Made by a program: the position numbers and the translations under genes. A model generated the notes under the pieces. That model was not told the DNA's origin. It saw only the letters and a list, made by a program, of their open reading frames with translations, and searched no databases. A stretch of 60,223 bases of DNA from a virus. Its lineage: Duplodnaviria; Caudoviricetes. Below are positions 19,480 through 28,433 of the stretch, in pieces; within the stretch, counting starts at the first letter, position 1, and every line of letters begins with the position of its first letter. The stretch is from the IMG/VR virus record IMGVR_UViG_3300027956_000009, positions 1-60,223 of that record; one strand, 5' to 3'.

Positions 19480-19611
19480 TTAAGGTCGTATGTATGTTGA
19501 TGATCCGTCTGGGCGTTTGTATTTAGATACCCCGTCGGGGCGTAGGTATGTGACTAAACCAATGAGTAAAAAGGCCCCTTTATTAAGCGTAAGTCCAAGT
19601 CCTAAACGCAT
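19480..19611 (-). CDS. Small virion-associated peptide (43 aa)
   Basis: Manual translation MRLGLGLTLNKGAFLLIGLVTYLRPDGVSKYKRPDGSSTYIRP; TAATG coupling to the upstream gene; internal YxRPDG repeat. Confidence 0.6.
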   Translation of the reverse strand: MRLGLGLTLNKGAFLLIGLVTYLRPDGVSKYKRPDGSSTYIRP

Positions 19612-19889
19612 TAGAGTGCTTTGTAGAGGATGATTGGGCAGGCGATACGGGCTGAGGAACCGCTTGCGATGATGAGTGGCGTGAAGATTGTGTAGCCGTC
19701 GGCGAAGGTAATGCTGGTCTGCGTGCCACTGAGTAGCGGTGCTTCAGCCGCAGAGAGTGCTGTGGTGATAGCACCACCGCCGCCCACGAAGCTGAGGGCG
19801 CAGTATTGGCCAGCGGGAATCTCAGTATTAGCAGCAACAAGCTGGCTACCAGCTTCGCCGAAAGATTGTTTATCAATGTCGTTTGTCAT
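19611..19889 (-). CDS. Small beta-rich structural protein
   Basis: 92-aa ORF in the late operon. Confidence 0.6.
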   Translation of the reverse strand: MTNDIDKQSFGEAGSQLVAANTEIPAGQYCALSFVGGGGAITTALSAAEAPLLSGTQTSITFADGYTIFTPLIIASGSSARIACPIILYKAL

Positions 19890-19920
19890 GTGTGTAGGTT
19901 ACAGGGTTAAGGGTTCAGGG

Positions 19921-20214
19921 TCAACTACGTTTTGGAGATTTCATAGCCCGCTCAATAGCGACAAGGAAGCCACCACCATCGCCATGGCCACCGCCTCGTT
20001 TCTGGCAACCACACGGTTTTTCGTCGTAACCACCGCCCTCTTCTTCCTCTTCATCTCCCTCTTCCCCGCCCTCGTAGGATACGGTTTTGCTGCCTAGCTC
20101 CAATGCCATAAGTTTATCACCATGCTGAATAAAAAGTCCGGTAAGGCTAAAGGGTTTGGTTTCGGCATCGCTCGGTAGCGAAAGCCCAGTTGGTATAGGT
20201 ATCATTGCTTTCAT
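19921..20214 (-). CDS. Small acidic protein, paralogue of 21132..21383
   Basis: Shared IPIPxGLxxP...LxAL...acidic linker...FxxAxExAMKxP. Confidence 0.7.
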   Translation of the reverse strand: MKAMIPIPTGLSLPSDAETKPFSLTGLFIQHGDKLMALELGSKTVSYEGGEEGDEEEEEGGGYDEKPCGCQKRGGGHGDGGGFLVAIERAMKSPKRS

Positions 20215-20765
20215 GTCAGGTAATCAGTTAATGCCCTAGCGTAAGCTGATGCGAGGGCGGGTTTGTTTTGGGTGTATATCTTGGTCTCTTTTTTATTAGA
20301 CCCAAAGAATGGTTCAAGGATTATAGCCGGACAGCGTGTGGCACGGAGAAACAAACTACCGCGATCGTTCTTATACGCGGGTTTTATGCCGCGTGATTTA
20401 GCCTCTGGAAAGGTCTCTTTAAATACCTGATTAAAACAGCTCGCCAGTAATTGCCCCTTGGCACTTCGATGCCAATGTATCCACTCGTGGCCTTCCGCCT
20501 GCGGGCCAGCGGAGTTGAAATGCAACTCCACGGCTACGGTAGCGCCAAGTTTTGTCAGGTGATCGGACACCCAGTGGACTGCACCGGAATAGGAGCTTCC
20601 GTTGTAATCGTCGATGACGTGTACTGTGTGACCCTCTTCCCTCAATAGCTCGGCTGTACTGAAGCCGACCTCACGGTTAAAAGTGTGTTCACTGACACCA
20701 TCTGTGTTAACAGCGCCTTTGTCACCACTTCTGCTATGCCCGATACAGATTCCGATGACGCTCAT
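20211..20765 (-). CDS. Endolysin, N-acetylmuramoyl-L-alanine amidase (Amidase_3)
   Basis: Zn ligands GH...E...ELHFNS and catalytic ILEPFF. Confidence 0.9.
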   Translation of the reverse strand: MSVIGICIGHSRSGDKGAVNTDGVSEHTFNREVGFSTAELLREEGHTVHVIDDYNGSSYSGAVHWVSDHLTKLGATVAVELHFNSAGPQAEGHEWIHWHRSAKGQLLASCFNQVFKETFPEAKSRGIKPAYKNDRGSLFLRATRCPAIILEPFFGSNKKETKIYTQNKPALASAYARALTDYLT

Positions 20766-20804
20766 ATGTTTAGGTTACGTGCTATATGTCAAGCTAGGCT
20801 TGAC

Positions 20805-20975
20805 CTATTCCTTAAAAAGTAATCTCCAGAGGTGGATAAGTCCAATAATCAGTCCGATAGTGATGGAGCTGACCCTAATGCTATATTCAACTTGCTCCTG
20901 TAGACTGGTGATGACACCGAGCCACGGAGCGATTGAGCAAATAGGACTGTCCAGTAGCCTACCGAGCACGTTCAT
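20805..20975 (-). CDS. Holin-like small membrane protein (56 aa)
   Basis: Manual translation MNVLGRLLDSPICSIAPWLGVITSLQEQVEYSIRVSSITIGLIIGLIHLWRLLFKE; directly upstream of the amidase. Confidence 0.55.
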   Translation of the reverse strand: MNVLGRLLDSPICSIAPWLGVITSLQEQVEYSIRVSSITIGLIIGLIHLWRLLFKE

Positions 20976-21127
20976 TATTTGCTGTCGTGAGCTTTGATGA
21001 GGCCGACTCCAGCTGTTAAGGCCGCAAAGGCTGCCATTAGGTCTGGGGATTCCCCTTGGAGGAATTGCAAGCCGACGTTAGCGAGGGTGGCGACAATAGT
21101 CAGGACACCGAGTAGGGTAGTTTTCAT
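20975..21127 (-). CDS. Holin-like two-TM protein (50 aa)
   Basis: Manual translation MKTTLLGVLTIVATLANVGLQFLQGESPDLMAAFAALTAGVGLIKAHDSK; TAATG coupling. Confidence 0.6.
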   Translation of the reverse strand: MKTTLLGVLTIVATLANVGLQFLQGESPDLMAAFAALTAGVGLIKAHDSK

Positions 21128-21131
21128 AATG

Positions 21132-21383
21132 TTACTTAGGTTGTGGTTTCTTCATAGCAGATTCGACAGCAGACATAAAATCCATGTCTGCACCTTCGCC
21201 GCCTTCTTGTTCCATCTCCATCTGCATGTCCTCTTCAGGCTCCTCGCCTTCTTCAGGGATGGGCATGCCGCCAACGGCAAGAGCGTAGAGCATGTTGTCG
21301 CGGACCTCGAAGGTCACGGGCATTTCAAACTCAGGTTGGTCGGGGATCTGAAGACCCTCAGGGATTGGGATGGATGCGGGCAT
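21132..21383 (-). CDS. Small acidic protein, paralogue of 19921..20214
   Basis: Same architecture as the paralogue; ends FMSAVESAMKKPQPK. Confidence 0.7.
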   Translation of the reverse strand: MPASIPIPEGLQIPDQPEFEMPVTFEVRDNMLYALAVGGMPIPEEGEEPEEDMQMEMEQEGGEGADMDFMSAVESAMKKPQPK

Positions 21384-21462
21384 AGCGTTGTTTTTGGATT
21401 ACTATATCTAGAGGAAAGGGTAGCACCCTATAGTTTTTAGGCTACAGGGTGCAGGTTTGGGT

Positions 21463-21852
21463 TTAGGATACGCGATACCAACCAGTCCCGTTGCTGAGAA
21501 GGTGGGCAGATGTTCCAGTGGTGACTGCTTCGGTTCCAGCAGCAAGGGTAGGCAGTGTAGCCGTGCCCGAGCCGTCGTTAATAACGAACAGCTCACGAAG
21601 CGCGCCAGAAGCGGCGGGCAAGGTGAGGGTACTAGTAGAACCGCCAGAGATAACCAATGCACGTGAGCTGATGGTGATACTACCAGCATCAACGTCAGTT
21701 ACAACATCGTCCGAACCAAGACCATTGATCTGGTTCAGTGCAATCTTACGAACCTTTGACGAGCCATCGGCTGTAAGGTCATAGAGTGGAAGCAGGTCAT
21801 CACCAGTTGGTGTAACGGAAGCAAGAGTTGGGAGGTCGTCAAGAGTAGGCAT
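21463..21852 (-). CDS. Putative head decoration / head fibre protein
   Basis: First gene after the capsid; LPTLASVTPTGDDLLPLYD...KVRKI N-terminal motif common to phage fibre attachment domains. Confidence 0.5.
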   Translation of the reverse strand: MPTLDDLPTLASVTPTGDDLLPLYDLTADGSSKVRKIALNQINGLGSDDVVTDVDAGSITISSRALVISGGSTSTLTLPAASGALRELFVINDGSGTATLPTLAAGTEAVTTGTSAHLLSNGTGWYRVS

Positions 21853-21867
21853 AGTATTAAAGGAAGT

Positions 21868-21900
21868 GCTAAGGGGTTCCCGTTTTGGGAACCCCTTAGC
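21868..21900 (-). terminator. Terminator-like hairpin after the major capsid gene
   Basis: Perfect 14-bp stem gctaaggggttccc / gggaaccccttagc with a 5-nt loop; weak U tract suggests partial read-through. Confidence 0.7.
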
Positions 21901-21908
21901 GGGTTAGG

Positions 21909-23207
21909 TTAAGCAGCAGGGGTCGTGCTGGTGCGTTGGAAGAGAACCACAAAACCAAACTCGGTTTTGATGGGTTTCGTTGCACTAGCAAGAACACCAC
22001 GGAAGAAACCGATTGTGCCATCAGGGTTAAGGTCAACGGAAGCGATGTTCTTCCAGTTGAACTTACCACGATAGTTAACGGGATCGAAGGTAAGACCATT
22101 CGCGCCAGAGATTGGCTCAGGGATCTGCGACTCCATTACGTCTTGGTGAAGAACATAAGCAGCTTCGATCGGAGCGGTTTCGTAGGACGCGTTCGGGGTG
22201 ATGATACCGCTGGATGCAGTATACGGCTGAACGCGGGTGAGGTTGCCATCTCCGTCATCGGTGAAGCGCGGGGCGAGGTCGTCGATCAGGTGGTAGAAAC
22301 CACGGAAGGACTTCTCGACACCGAGCGGTGCGATGAGTTCGGAAACCTTAGCGTTGTTGTAGCGAATGTCGTCGCGGAAACCAGCTTCGGTTTGCAAGAA
22401 GTAGGACGCTTCGGACGAGCAAACGAGTGCGAAGACCGGACGGGCGTTCTCACGACCGTAGGCGTTCGTACCGGCTCCGGCACGCACCAAGCGGAAGTAG
22501 ATCGAATCGAGGATCTTGTTCGAGACGTTGGCGGAAGGGGTAGCAGTCGATGCACCGAAGTCGATGTCAGCGGACTGATTGCCCTCTTTACCGGACGAAA
22601 CGATGGTCGTACCAGTAGGTTCGCAGATAACGTAGTTACCGACGATACGGTCATACTCGTCACGATAACGCTCTTCCCACGAGTAGCGGGTAGCGTCGGT
22701 GAGAGCGTCCATGACAGCGCGAAGTTGCTCGGTGCGGTAAGCAGCGAAGCGAAGGTCTTCGACGTTGATCTTGGGGGACTCAACAGTAGCACGCTTCAGC
22801 GAGTACTGCTTGAGCTGACGACCGAACGAGATGAAGGACTTGCCGTTTGCAGTGTTGCTACCAGCACCGATGTTGGTGTCTTTAGCGCCAATGAGGATCT
22901 GATCGAGAGTGCTTGCAGTAGCAAGCGACGCAGCCTCAGACCCGCCGACGTCGATCCAGCTATTGCCGAGAGTCGATCCGTTAGCGGTGGTGGTTGGGAG
23001 TGCGCGGTCGTAGATCAGAGTTCCAAGGGTATAGCCCATTCCGTCAGGGAAGGAAGTCTGTTTGATAAGGTCCATCCAAGGTGACACGTGAAGCGTGCGG
23101 CGATGAATGTCCTGACCGATACGGTTAGCCTCTTGAGTGAGGATCGTGTCGATTGCGGTGTTCGAATCAGTAGGATTCGAGAAGGTTTGTCCAGCGTTAA
23201 TAGCCAT
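21909..23207 (-). CDS. Major capsid protein
   Basis: 432 aa after portal and scaffold; strongly biased codons; long leader; downstream hairpin. Confidence 0.8.
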   Translation of the reverse strand: MAINAGQTFSNPTDSNTAIDTILTQEANRIGQDIHRRTLHVSPWMDLIKQTSFPDGMGYTLGTLIYDRALPTTTANGSTLGNSWIDVGGSEAASLATASTLDQILIGAKDTNIGAGSNTANGKSFISFGRQLKQYSLKRATVESPKINVEDLRFAAYRTEQLRAVMDALTDATRYSWEERYRDEYDRIVGNYVICEPTGTTIVSSGKEGNQSADIDFGASTATPSANVSNKILDSIYFRLVRAGAGTNAYGRENARPVFALVCSSEASYFLQTEAGFRDDIRYNNAKVSELIAPLGVEKSFRGFYHLIDDLAPRFTDDGDGNLTRVQPYTASSGIITPNASYETAPIEAAYVLHQDVMESQIPEPISGANGLTFDPVNYRGKFNWKNIASVDLNPDGTIGFFRGVLASATKPIKTEFGFVVLFQRTSTTPAA

Positions 23208-23251
23208 AGTAGTAGGTGATTAGAAGTTAAAGGTTGTTGAAGTTGAAGAAT

Positions 23252-23392
23252 ACACGGTTGTCGTTGAAGCAAACGACGGGCGCATGGGCCTTAGCTTCGG
23301 ATTACCTTTCGAGCTGTCTCACCTACTAGAACCGTGTTTGCTTTTGGCTGGTACGGAGCGGACCTTCGATGTCGCAACTTTTTGGGTTGCGA
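23252..23392 (-). promoter_or_regulatory. Structured 5' leader of the capsid gene (candidate cis-regulatory RNA)
   Basis: 8-bp closing stem 23252-23259/23330-23337 enclosing inner stems; separate 7-bp hairpin 23372-23392. Confidence 0.45.
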
Positions 23393-23453
23393 AGAGCTTC
23401 GTACAAATCGTATTAGTTGTCAATACAAATTTGTACAAAGCTGTGATTTTTAA

Positions 23454-24563
23454 TTATCTGCCAAACGCAGCAGTAACCGCATCAAGGAAAGACTTGCCAT
23501 CAGCCGTTGTCGGCGTGCCAGAAGTGTTGAGGGAACCGCCTCCTGCCTTTGGGGCAGCGCGGTCATACTCAGCAAGCCTCTCGGTCAGCGTGTCGATCTC
23601 TTTCTGGAGACTCATGTATTGGATAGCCATCTTCGGCAACAGCTTCGCAGCCATAGCTTGATATGTTCCGGTTACAGGGTCGAGGGTAGAGGGTTCGAGT
23701 TCTGCTGCCTCTTTCGCGATAGCGGCCAGATCCACGCCATCCACGTTGGAAAGGAATGTGAGTTTACTCTTTAGCTTATCAGCAACTACACTAGCTGCCT
23801 CCTGACGCTGCTGTACACGCTGGGCGAGGGTTTGTTGCTGACGCTGGTTGTCAAGCTCCTCAGCTTCGCGCAGGGCTGCTTGAGCGTTCTGTCGAAGAAC
23901 GTTACGCTGCTCAAGGATAGGGTGGACTTCTTCAATGATTTTATATACTCGGAACTTGTCGCGATCGCTGACATTAACAAGCAGTTCGGTTAGCAGTTCT
24001 TCCTGTGTGGCTTCATCAGATTCGGAGATGGCGTCGATCAACGCGTTGGGGTCTAACGAATACTTTTGTGAGATGCCGTCCGCCTCGTTCACAAGATTGG
24101 CGAGCGGCTGATCGACGAGGGTTTTGTATGCGTGGCTGTTCTCCAGCTTGTTCACAAGCATCTGGCTCTCGTAATCAGAAACCCGCTTCTGTAGTTCCTG
24201 ATTCGACGTGTCATCAGCAAGGGCTTGTAGTTCTTGCAAACGAGAGTCCTTCTGGGTGACGGTCTGCTCCAGTTCTTCTGCGCGACTGCGATAGGTCTTG
24301 AGCTCAGACTTCAGTTCCTTGAAACGTCTGGCCGCTTCCGGTGTCCAGTTCTTGGGTTCCTCGATAGAGTCGAGATCTGCGAGGGGGTCAGCCTCGACAG
24401 ACGCGGACGTCGGTTCTTGGGGCGGTGCCTGTGTGGGCTCCGGTGTGGACTCTACTGGATTATCCATTGACGCGAAAAACGAATCAAGGGACTCGACGAA
24501 GCCGCCGTTATCTGGGGCTGAACTGGTTTCCGCAACTGCGGTTTCTGGTGCTGGTGTGCTCAT
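23454..24563 (-). CDS. Capsid scaffolding protein
   Basis: Acidic Pro-rich N-terminus, long coiled coil, short C-terminal helix; immediately upstream of the capsid gene. Confidence 0.7.
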   Translation of the reverse strand: MSTPAPETAVAETSSAPDNGGFVESLDSFFASMDNPVESTPEPTQAPPQEPTSASVEADPLADLDSIEEPKNWTPEAARRFKELKSELKTYRSRAEELEQTVTQKDSRLQELQALADDTSNQELQKRVSDYESQMLVNKLENSHAYKTLVDQPLANLVNEADGISQKYSLDPNALIDAISESDEATQEELLTELLVNVSDRDKFRVYKIIEEVHPILEQRNVLRQNAQAALREAEELDNQRQQQTLAQRVQQRQEAASVVADKLKSKLTFLSNVDGVDLAAIAKEAAELEPSTLDPVTGTYQAMAAKLLPKMAIQYMSLQKEIDTLTERLAEYDRAAPKAGGGSLNTSGTPTTADGKSFLDAVTAAFGR

Positions 24564-24566
24564 ATG

Positions 24567-24857
24567 TTAATCGTAGTGGCTCCATTCTTCAAGACTCTTG
24601 CTTTTGGTTAGTGGGGCTTTAGTCAACTTCAGGAGATCGTTTGCGAAGTCGTGGTATCCGGACAGCCATGCTTGTCGCTGGGCATTGCGTTCCATGTCGG
24701 TAAGACCTGAGAACGTAGGTCGTGCGGCGGATAGTAGGGTTGCCACAGCCGCTTCAAAGAAGGGACTCTCTAGGAGTTCCCGTAGTCTGGATGCTTGGGT
24801 CGGATCACTAAACCAGCGTTCAATGGTTTGTGGAATAATCGGTTTAGAGGAAAGCAT
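24567..24857 (-). CDS. Small protein between portal and scaffold
   Basis: Position typical of podovirus head modules; ATG at 24857. Confidence 0.55.
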   Translation of the reverse strand: MLSSKPIIPQTIERWFSDPTQASRLRELLESPFFEAAVATLLSAARPTFSGLTDMERNAQRQAWLSGYHDFANDLLKLTKAPLTKSKSLEEWSHYD

Positions 24858-24896
24858 GCGAAAGAAAACCACGGTCTTCGTGATTTGTCAAATTAT

Positions 24897-27143
24897 TTAT
24901 TGGGCTGTGTTACCAGAAAGTTTCAGAGCACGCTCCGCGTCTTTTAGCGCGAGGTCTTGATCGGCTTTAGCCTGCTTGATCTGCATCTCGATCTGTGCCT
25001 TCTGCTGTGCAATCTCCATCTTCATTTGATGTTCCTGCATCTTCAGATCAGTAGGTGTTGGACCTGCTTGTTGACCTTCTTGACCTTGGCCTTGACCAGC
25101 TTCCATCGCCTTGCGTTGCTCGGCCTGAATCTTACGGGTAAAGTTAGTGATGATTTCTTCACCAACCTGTAGTAGCTGTTTCATCTGCGCTACCTCCGCT
25201 TTGGCGGACGGATCAGCAGCGAGGTAGTTGGTGTGCTCGGCGCAATGTTGATAGACCATCTGCACGATAGGTAGAGCCTGCACTGGATCAACTTCACCAG
25301 TCTGAATGCCGCTGACCAACTGTTGCAAGAGCGGGGCGTGCATGCGTAGGTGCATGCCGTGTAGCTCGCTGTCAAGGACGGCAACAGGTAGACCAGACTG
25401 CATGGACTGGTTCTCTAACAGAGCGATCTTCGCATCAACAGTCGTACGTGGTTCTGGATTTGCTGGCGCGTAGCGGTCTACCAGATCACGACCAACCCGT
25501 TCTGAAGTAATATCGCGGAGTAGGTTGCGGCGACCTACTTCGTCGTAGCCGCCTGCAATACTGTTGAGCTCACGAAGCGCAAGCAAGCGGTTGGCAGCTG
25601 AACCAGCACCGATCGCACGGACAGCGACAGTCTTCTCATGATTGATTGACGCAATAACTCTGGCGTCGACGCCACGCTCGACACAACGTTTGTAGAATGC
25701 CGCAACGTATTCATCCCGTTTAGGGTTGGTAGTAGCTCGGCGAACGATCTCACGGAGTAAGCGTGACCAGCTCGAATAGAAAAGGTTGATGGTCGAACCA
25801 GTAAGACGGCTCGACACAGCGAGGTCGTGTTCGGTTTGTAGATTGTTACGATAGGGGCTGCTCTGGTTGCCGTATGTCGAAACAAGGTCAACGTTCATAG
25901 CCAACTGATTCTGCAAGTCAGTGAGAGCTGGCTGCATCGTGTTGGTTAGATTCGGTGCAGCCTTCTCAATGATCTTGACGTTGGGCGACAGGATTGAGTA
26001 GGGACCATACATCGTAAACGACAGGTCTTCGAGTGCGCGTTGTGTCTCCGGTTGGATCATCACCGCACCGCCCATCATCGCGGAGTCAATCATCTGACAG
26101 CGAATGCGATTGCTTGTCTGGATGTGGTTAAATATTCTGTTGCCGAGGCCTCTTACCGAATGGTAGGTGCCGTTGGTCCCAACACCATAAGCGAACATCA
26201 CGTAGGCATGTTCAGGTTTCTTGAACATCGAGTTCTTACGGAACAGAAACTCTTTCGGTGACTCCTCGGCGAACATCAGCAACGACACACTACCGTCAAA
26301 CTCACGAACCCACATGTGCACAACAGACACGGTGGTGTTCTCAAGACCGGTATATAGGTCGTTGTTCTTCATCTCGCGCTGGGTAACCTCCCAGTCAGCA
26401 TAGGTATTGCTGCCGTTGCGACCGCTAGTGCGTGCGTTCTTCGAGATTACGCGCTTTACTTCGTCAACGTCCCAGCCGATTTTTGCAGCGGCTTCTTCTT
26501 TTTTGATAAAACCATAGAGCTCGTGTAAAAGATATTGGCGGCGGGCACAGCCCACTTCGATAGACTCTTCGGATGCCGGAGTCTGGCGAGGAATAAGAAA
26601 GTCACCAAAACCACAGACCCGAAACTTCCAGTTGTGTGGGTCCTCAAAGTAGGATACGCCAACGCCGTGCTTCGTGAACTCGGTGCAGAGGCGTAGGTAG
26701 TTGGAATGGAACTCGGGCCACTCCCGCATCATCTCTGTCAACTCTTCAGCAATGATGTCTTCCGCGTCTTGTCGTTCTGCGGGCTCACCTACGGTAACGG
26801 ATACACGTACGAGCTTCTGCAAGCTAGTGTAGAGGTCAACGTAGGCGGACATCGAAACATCAAGCAGTCGTTGCGCCTCACCGAAGTTCAAGTTAGTGCG
26901 GTTGCCCTGTCCGGTGGAGAACAAAACCTTCTGATCGTATGGGGACGCTCCATCGAACATTGCGTCCAATCGTGCTCGGTTGCTCGCCGATTTCTCATCA
27001 GCCTTACGCAGAGTGTCATAGATTGATCGTGCTGCATTAACGTCACGCAGGCGGGATTCCGGCGGGGCAAGGGTCTGAGGATCGAGATTCAGTAAGTCGA
27101 ACTCGTTTAGGCCGGAGGGAATCGTGGGTGGATTTTGCGTCAC
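24897..27143 (-). CDS. Portal (head-to-tail connector) protein
   Basis: 748 aa; HGVG and GLG motifs; Gln-rich C-terminal coiled coil (P22-like barrel); synteny. Confidence 0.8.
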   Translation of the reverse strand: MTQNPPTIPSGLNEFDLLNLDPQTLAPPESRLRDVNAARSIYDTLRKADEKSASNRARLDAMFDGASPYDQKVLFSTGQGNRTNLNFGEAQRLLDVSMSAYVDLYTSLQKLVRVSVTVGEPAERQDAEDIIAEELTEMMREWPEFHSNYLRLCTEFTKHGVGVSYFEDPHNWKFRVCGFGDFLIPRQTPASEESIEVGCARRQYLLHELYGFIKKEEAAAKIGWDVDEVKRVISKNARTSGRNGSNTYADWEVTQREMKNNDLYTGLENTTVSVVHMWVREFDGSVSLLMFAEESPKEFLFRKNSMFKKPEHAYVMFAYGVGTNGTYHSVRGLGNRIFNHIQTSNRIRCQMIDSAMMGGAVMIQPETQRALEDLSFTMYGPYSILSPNVKIIEKAAPNLTNTMQPALTDLQNQLAMNVDLVSTYGNQSSPYRNNLQTEHDLAVSSRLTGSTINLFYSSWSRLLREIVRRATTNPKRDEYVAAFYKRCVERGVDARVIASINHEKTVAVRAIGAGSAANRLLALRELNSIAGGYDEVGRRNLLRDITSERVGRDLVDRYAPANPEPRTTVDAKIALLENQSMQSGLPVAVLDSELHGMHLRMHAPLLQQLVSGIQTGEVDPVQALPIVQMVYQHCAEHTNYLAADPSAKAEVAQMKQLLQVGEEIITNFTRKIQAEQRKAMEAGQGQGQEGQQAGPTPTDLKMQEHQMKMEIAQQKAQIEMQIKQAKADQDLALKDAERALKLSGNTAQ

Positions 27144-27175
27144 AGATGGTTATCGTAAAGGGCTTATTCGTCAAG

Positions 27176-27784
27176 TCAAGAAATTGTTTCGGAGTTACCG
27201 TACACCTCTTGCATCAGTTTCTTAATCGGCACCCGCTTGCGAGCACCTTCGTCGTTGGTGATCTGCACACACCACTGATGCCCCCTCGGGTGGATGACAG
27301 GCGTCACACGGTGGCGCTGTCCGGCGGTGCGCCCCCTACTAGCAGGCAGCACGCGGTAGACGAATCCGTCCGGCGTGATGCCATACTTTGAGTAGTTGGG
27401 GAGAATGGTCATGTTTTCGATAGTGGTCGTGTTTTCAATAGTAGTCATAGCAGGTGTAGTGTTGGGTCCAAATGGAAGGTTGTCAAATTCTTTCTGAGTT
27501 AATTTTCGTTTCTGCGAATTACATCTCGGTCTGTAGTCCCGTATCCGGAGGTGGGGGAAGTTCGTCAGGTTCACGGCTCTTGTATCCTGATTCCGGTTTC
27601 TTGTAGGGGATACAGGATTGGCTTGGGCGTGGCGGTTGGGTGAGACCCAATACTCGCCATCTTTGTAATTCGGGTGGTAGCGCACGAACACAAAACCGTC
27701 CTCGCGCACATCACCGCGCCGTCGCAATTTCGCGGTGTTGGCGTTCGGCGGCAGATCTCGGTTGTCGTCCATCGGTGACAGCAA
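27176..27784 (-). CDS. NUMOD4-like DNA-binding protein; the C-terminal part (27176..27448) is probably a gene of its own
   Basis: LPNYSKYGITPDGFVY...G...V.I...RKRVPIKKLM resembles NUMOD4; no HNH motif; internal TTGACA precedes ATG 27448. Confidence 0.5.
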   Translation of the reverse strand: MLSPMDDNRDLPPNANTAKLRRRGDVREDGFVFVRYHPNYKDGEYWVSPNRHAQANPVSPTRNRNQDTRAVNLTNFPHLRIRDYRPRCNSQKRKLTQKEFDNLPFGPNTTPAMTTIENTTTIENMTILPNYSKYGITPDGFVYRVLPASRGRTAGQRHRVTPVIHPRGHQWCVQITNDEGARKRVPIKKLMQEVYGNSETIS

Positions 27785-27853
27785 TATCGCCCCTGTCCGG
27801 ATTCGTCAAGTGCTTTCCTAAAAATTAACACTATTGAATTACGCTAAAGTATA

Positions 27854-27956
27854 CTATATAATCTTTCTCTTCTTTAGTAATTCATATTATCTCAATAATT
27901 CATATCTATACTGAATTACTGAATTTATTGAATTACCGTGTCTGCTAAAACTCTTT
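27854..27956. repeat. AT-rich ~100-bp element, copy 1
   Basis: Near-identical to 55458..55559 over the first ~54 bp; iterated TAATTCA/TGAATTA. Confidence 0.85.
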
Positions 27957-28041
27957 AAGCTATTTAGTCAGATCAGTAATGTTAATTTTATCCCCAAAAA
28001 CCCCCTCAAATTATTTCTGACTTACAGTTTAGCGACGGGAA

Positions 28042-28284
28042 TTACTTTCCGCTCCCCACAATTATCGCTCGGCGGTAAGACCAATCGCTGTGAAATTTCT
28101 GACCTCGCCCAATCAGATCCCCCTCGACAAATTTGTACGTCTTACCCTCAATTAAGGAGACGGTGGGCGGGTCATAGAGCGCCGATGCGTTCACGTTTGC
28201 GCGAGAGTCTCTTCGCGAGACGTTCCAGCCGCAGCTTTGAAACAGCGTCACCAACAGCAGCGAGGTTATCAATTTCATCTTCAA
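28042..28284 (-). CDS. Lipoprotein, o-spanin (Rz1)-like
   Basis: Signal peptide with lipobox-like ...LLLVTLFQSC; overlaps the upstream ORF in another frame. Confidence 0.55.
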   Translation of the reverse strand: MKMKLITSLLLVTLFQSCGWNVSRRDSRANVNASALYDPPTVSLIEGKTYKFVEGDLIGRGQKFHSDWSYRRAIIVGSGK

Positions 28285-28372
28285 TACGATCGACTTCGGT
28301 TTCCCGCTGCCACGCCACCCATGACGAGTATGCGTTGCACGCGGCGGTTATTGCCCCAAAAAGAGCGTTCAT
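28172..28372 (-). CDS. i-spanin (Rz)-like protein
   Basis: Weakly hydrophobic N-terminus plus coiled coil; overlaps the lipoprotein ORF. Confidence 0.45.
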   Translation of the reverse strand: MNALFGAITAACNAYSSWVAWQRETEVDRIEDEIDNLAAVGDAVSKLRLERLAKRLSRKRERIGAL

Positions 28373-28433
28373 TTTGCTTGCTAAAGTGGTTTTGCCCTGA
28401 ATCCGGTGTCCTTTTGCGGTTTCCGGTCGCCCG

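Noticed and set aside
21936-23084. 382-aa + strand ORF antisense to the capsid gene
   Set aside because: Shadow ORF expected from strong codon bias on the coding strand; no motifs or plausible expression context
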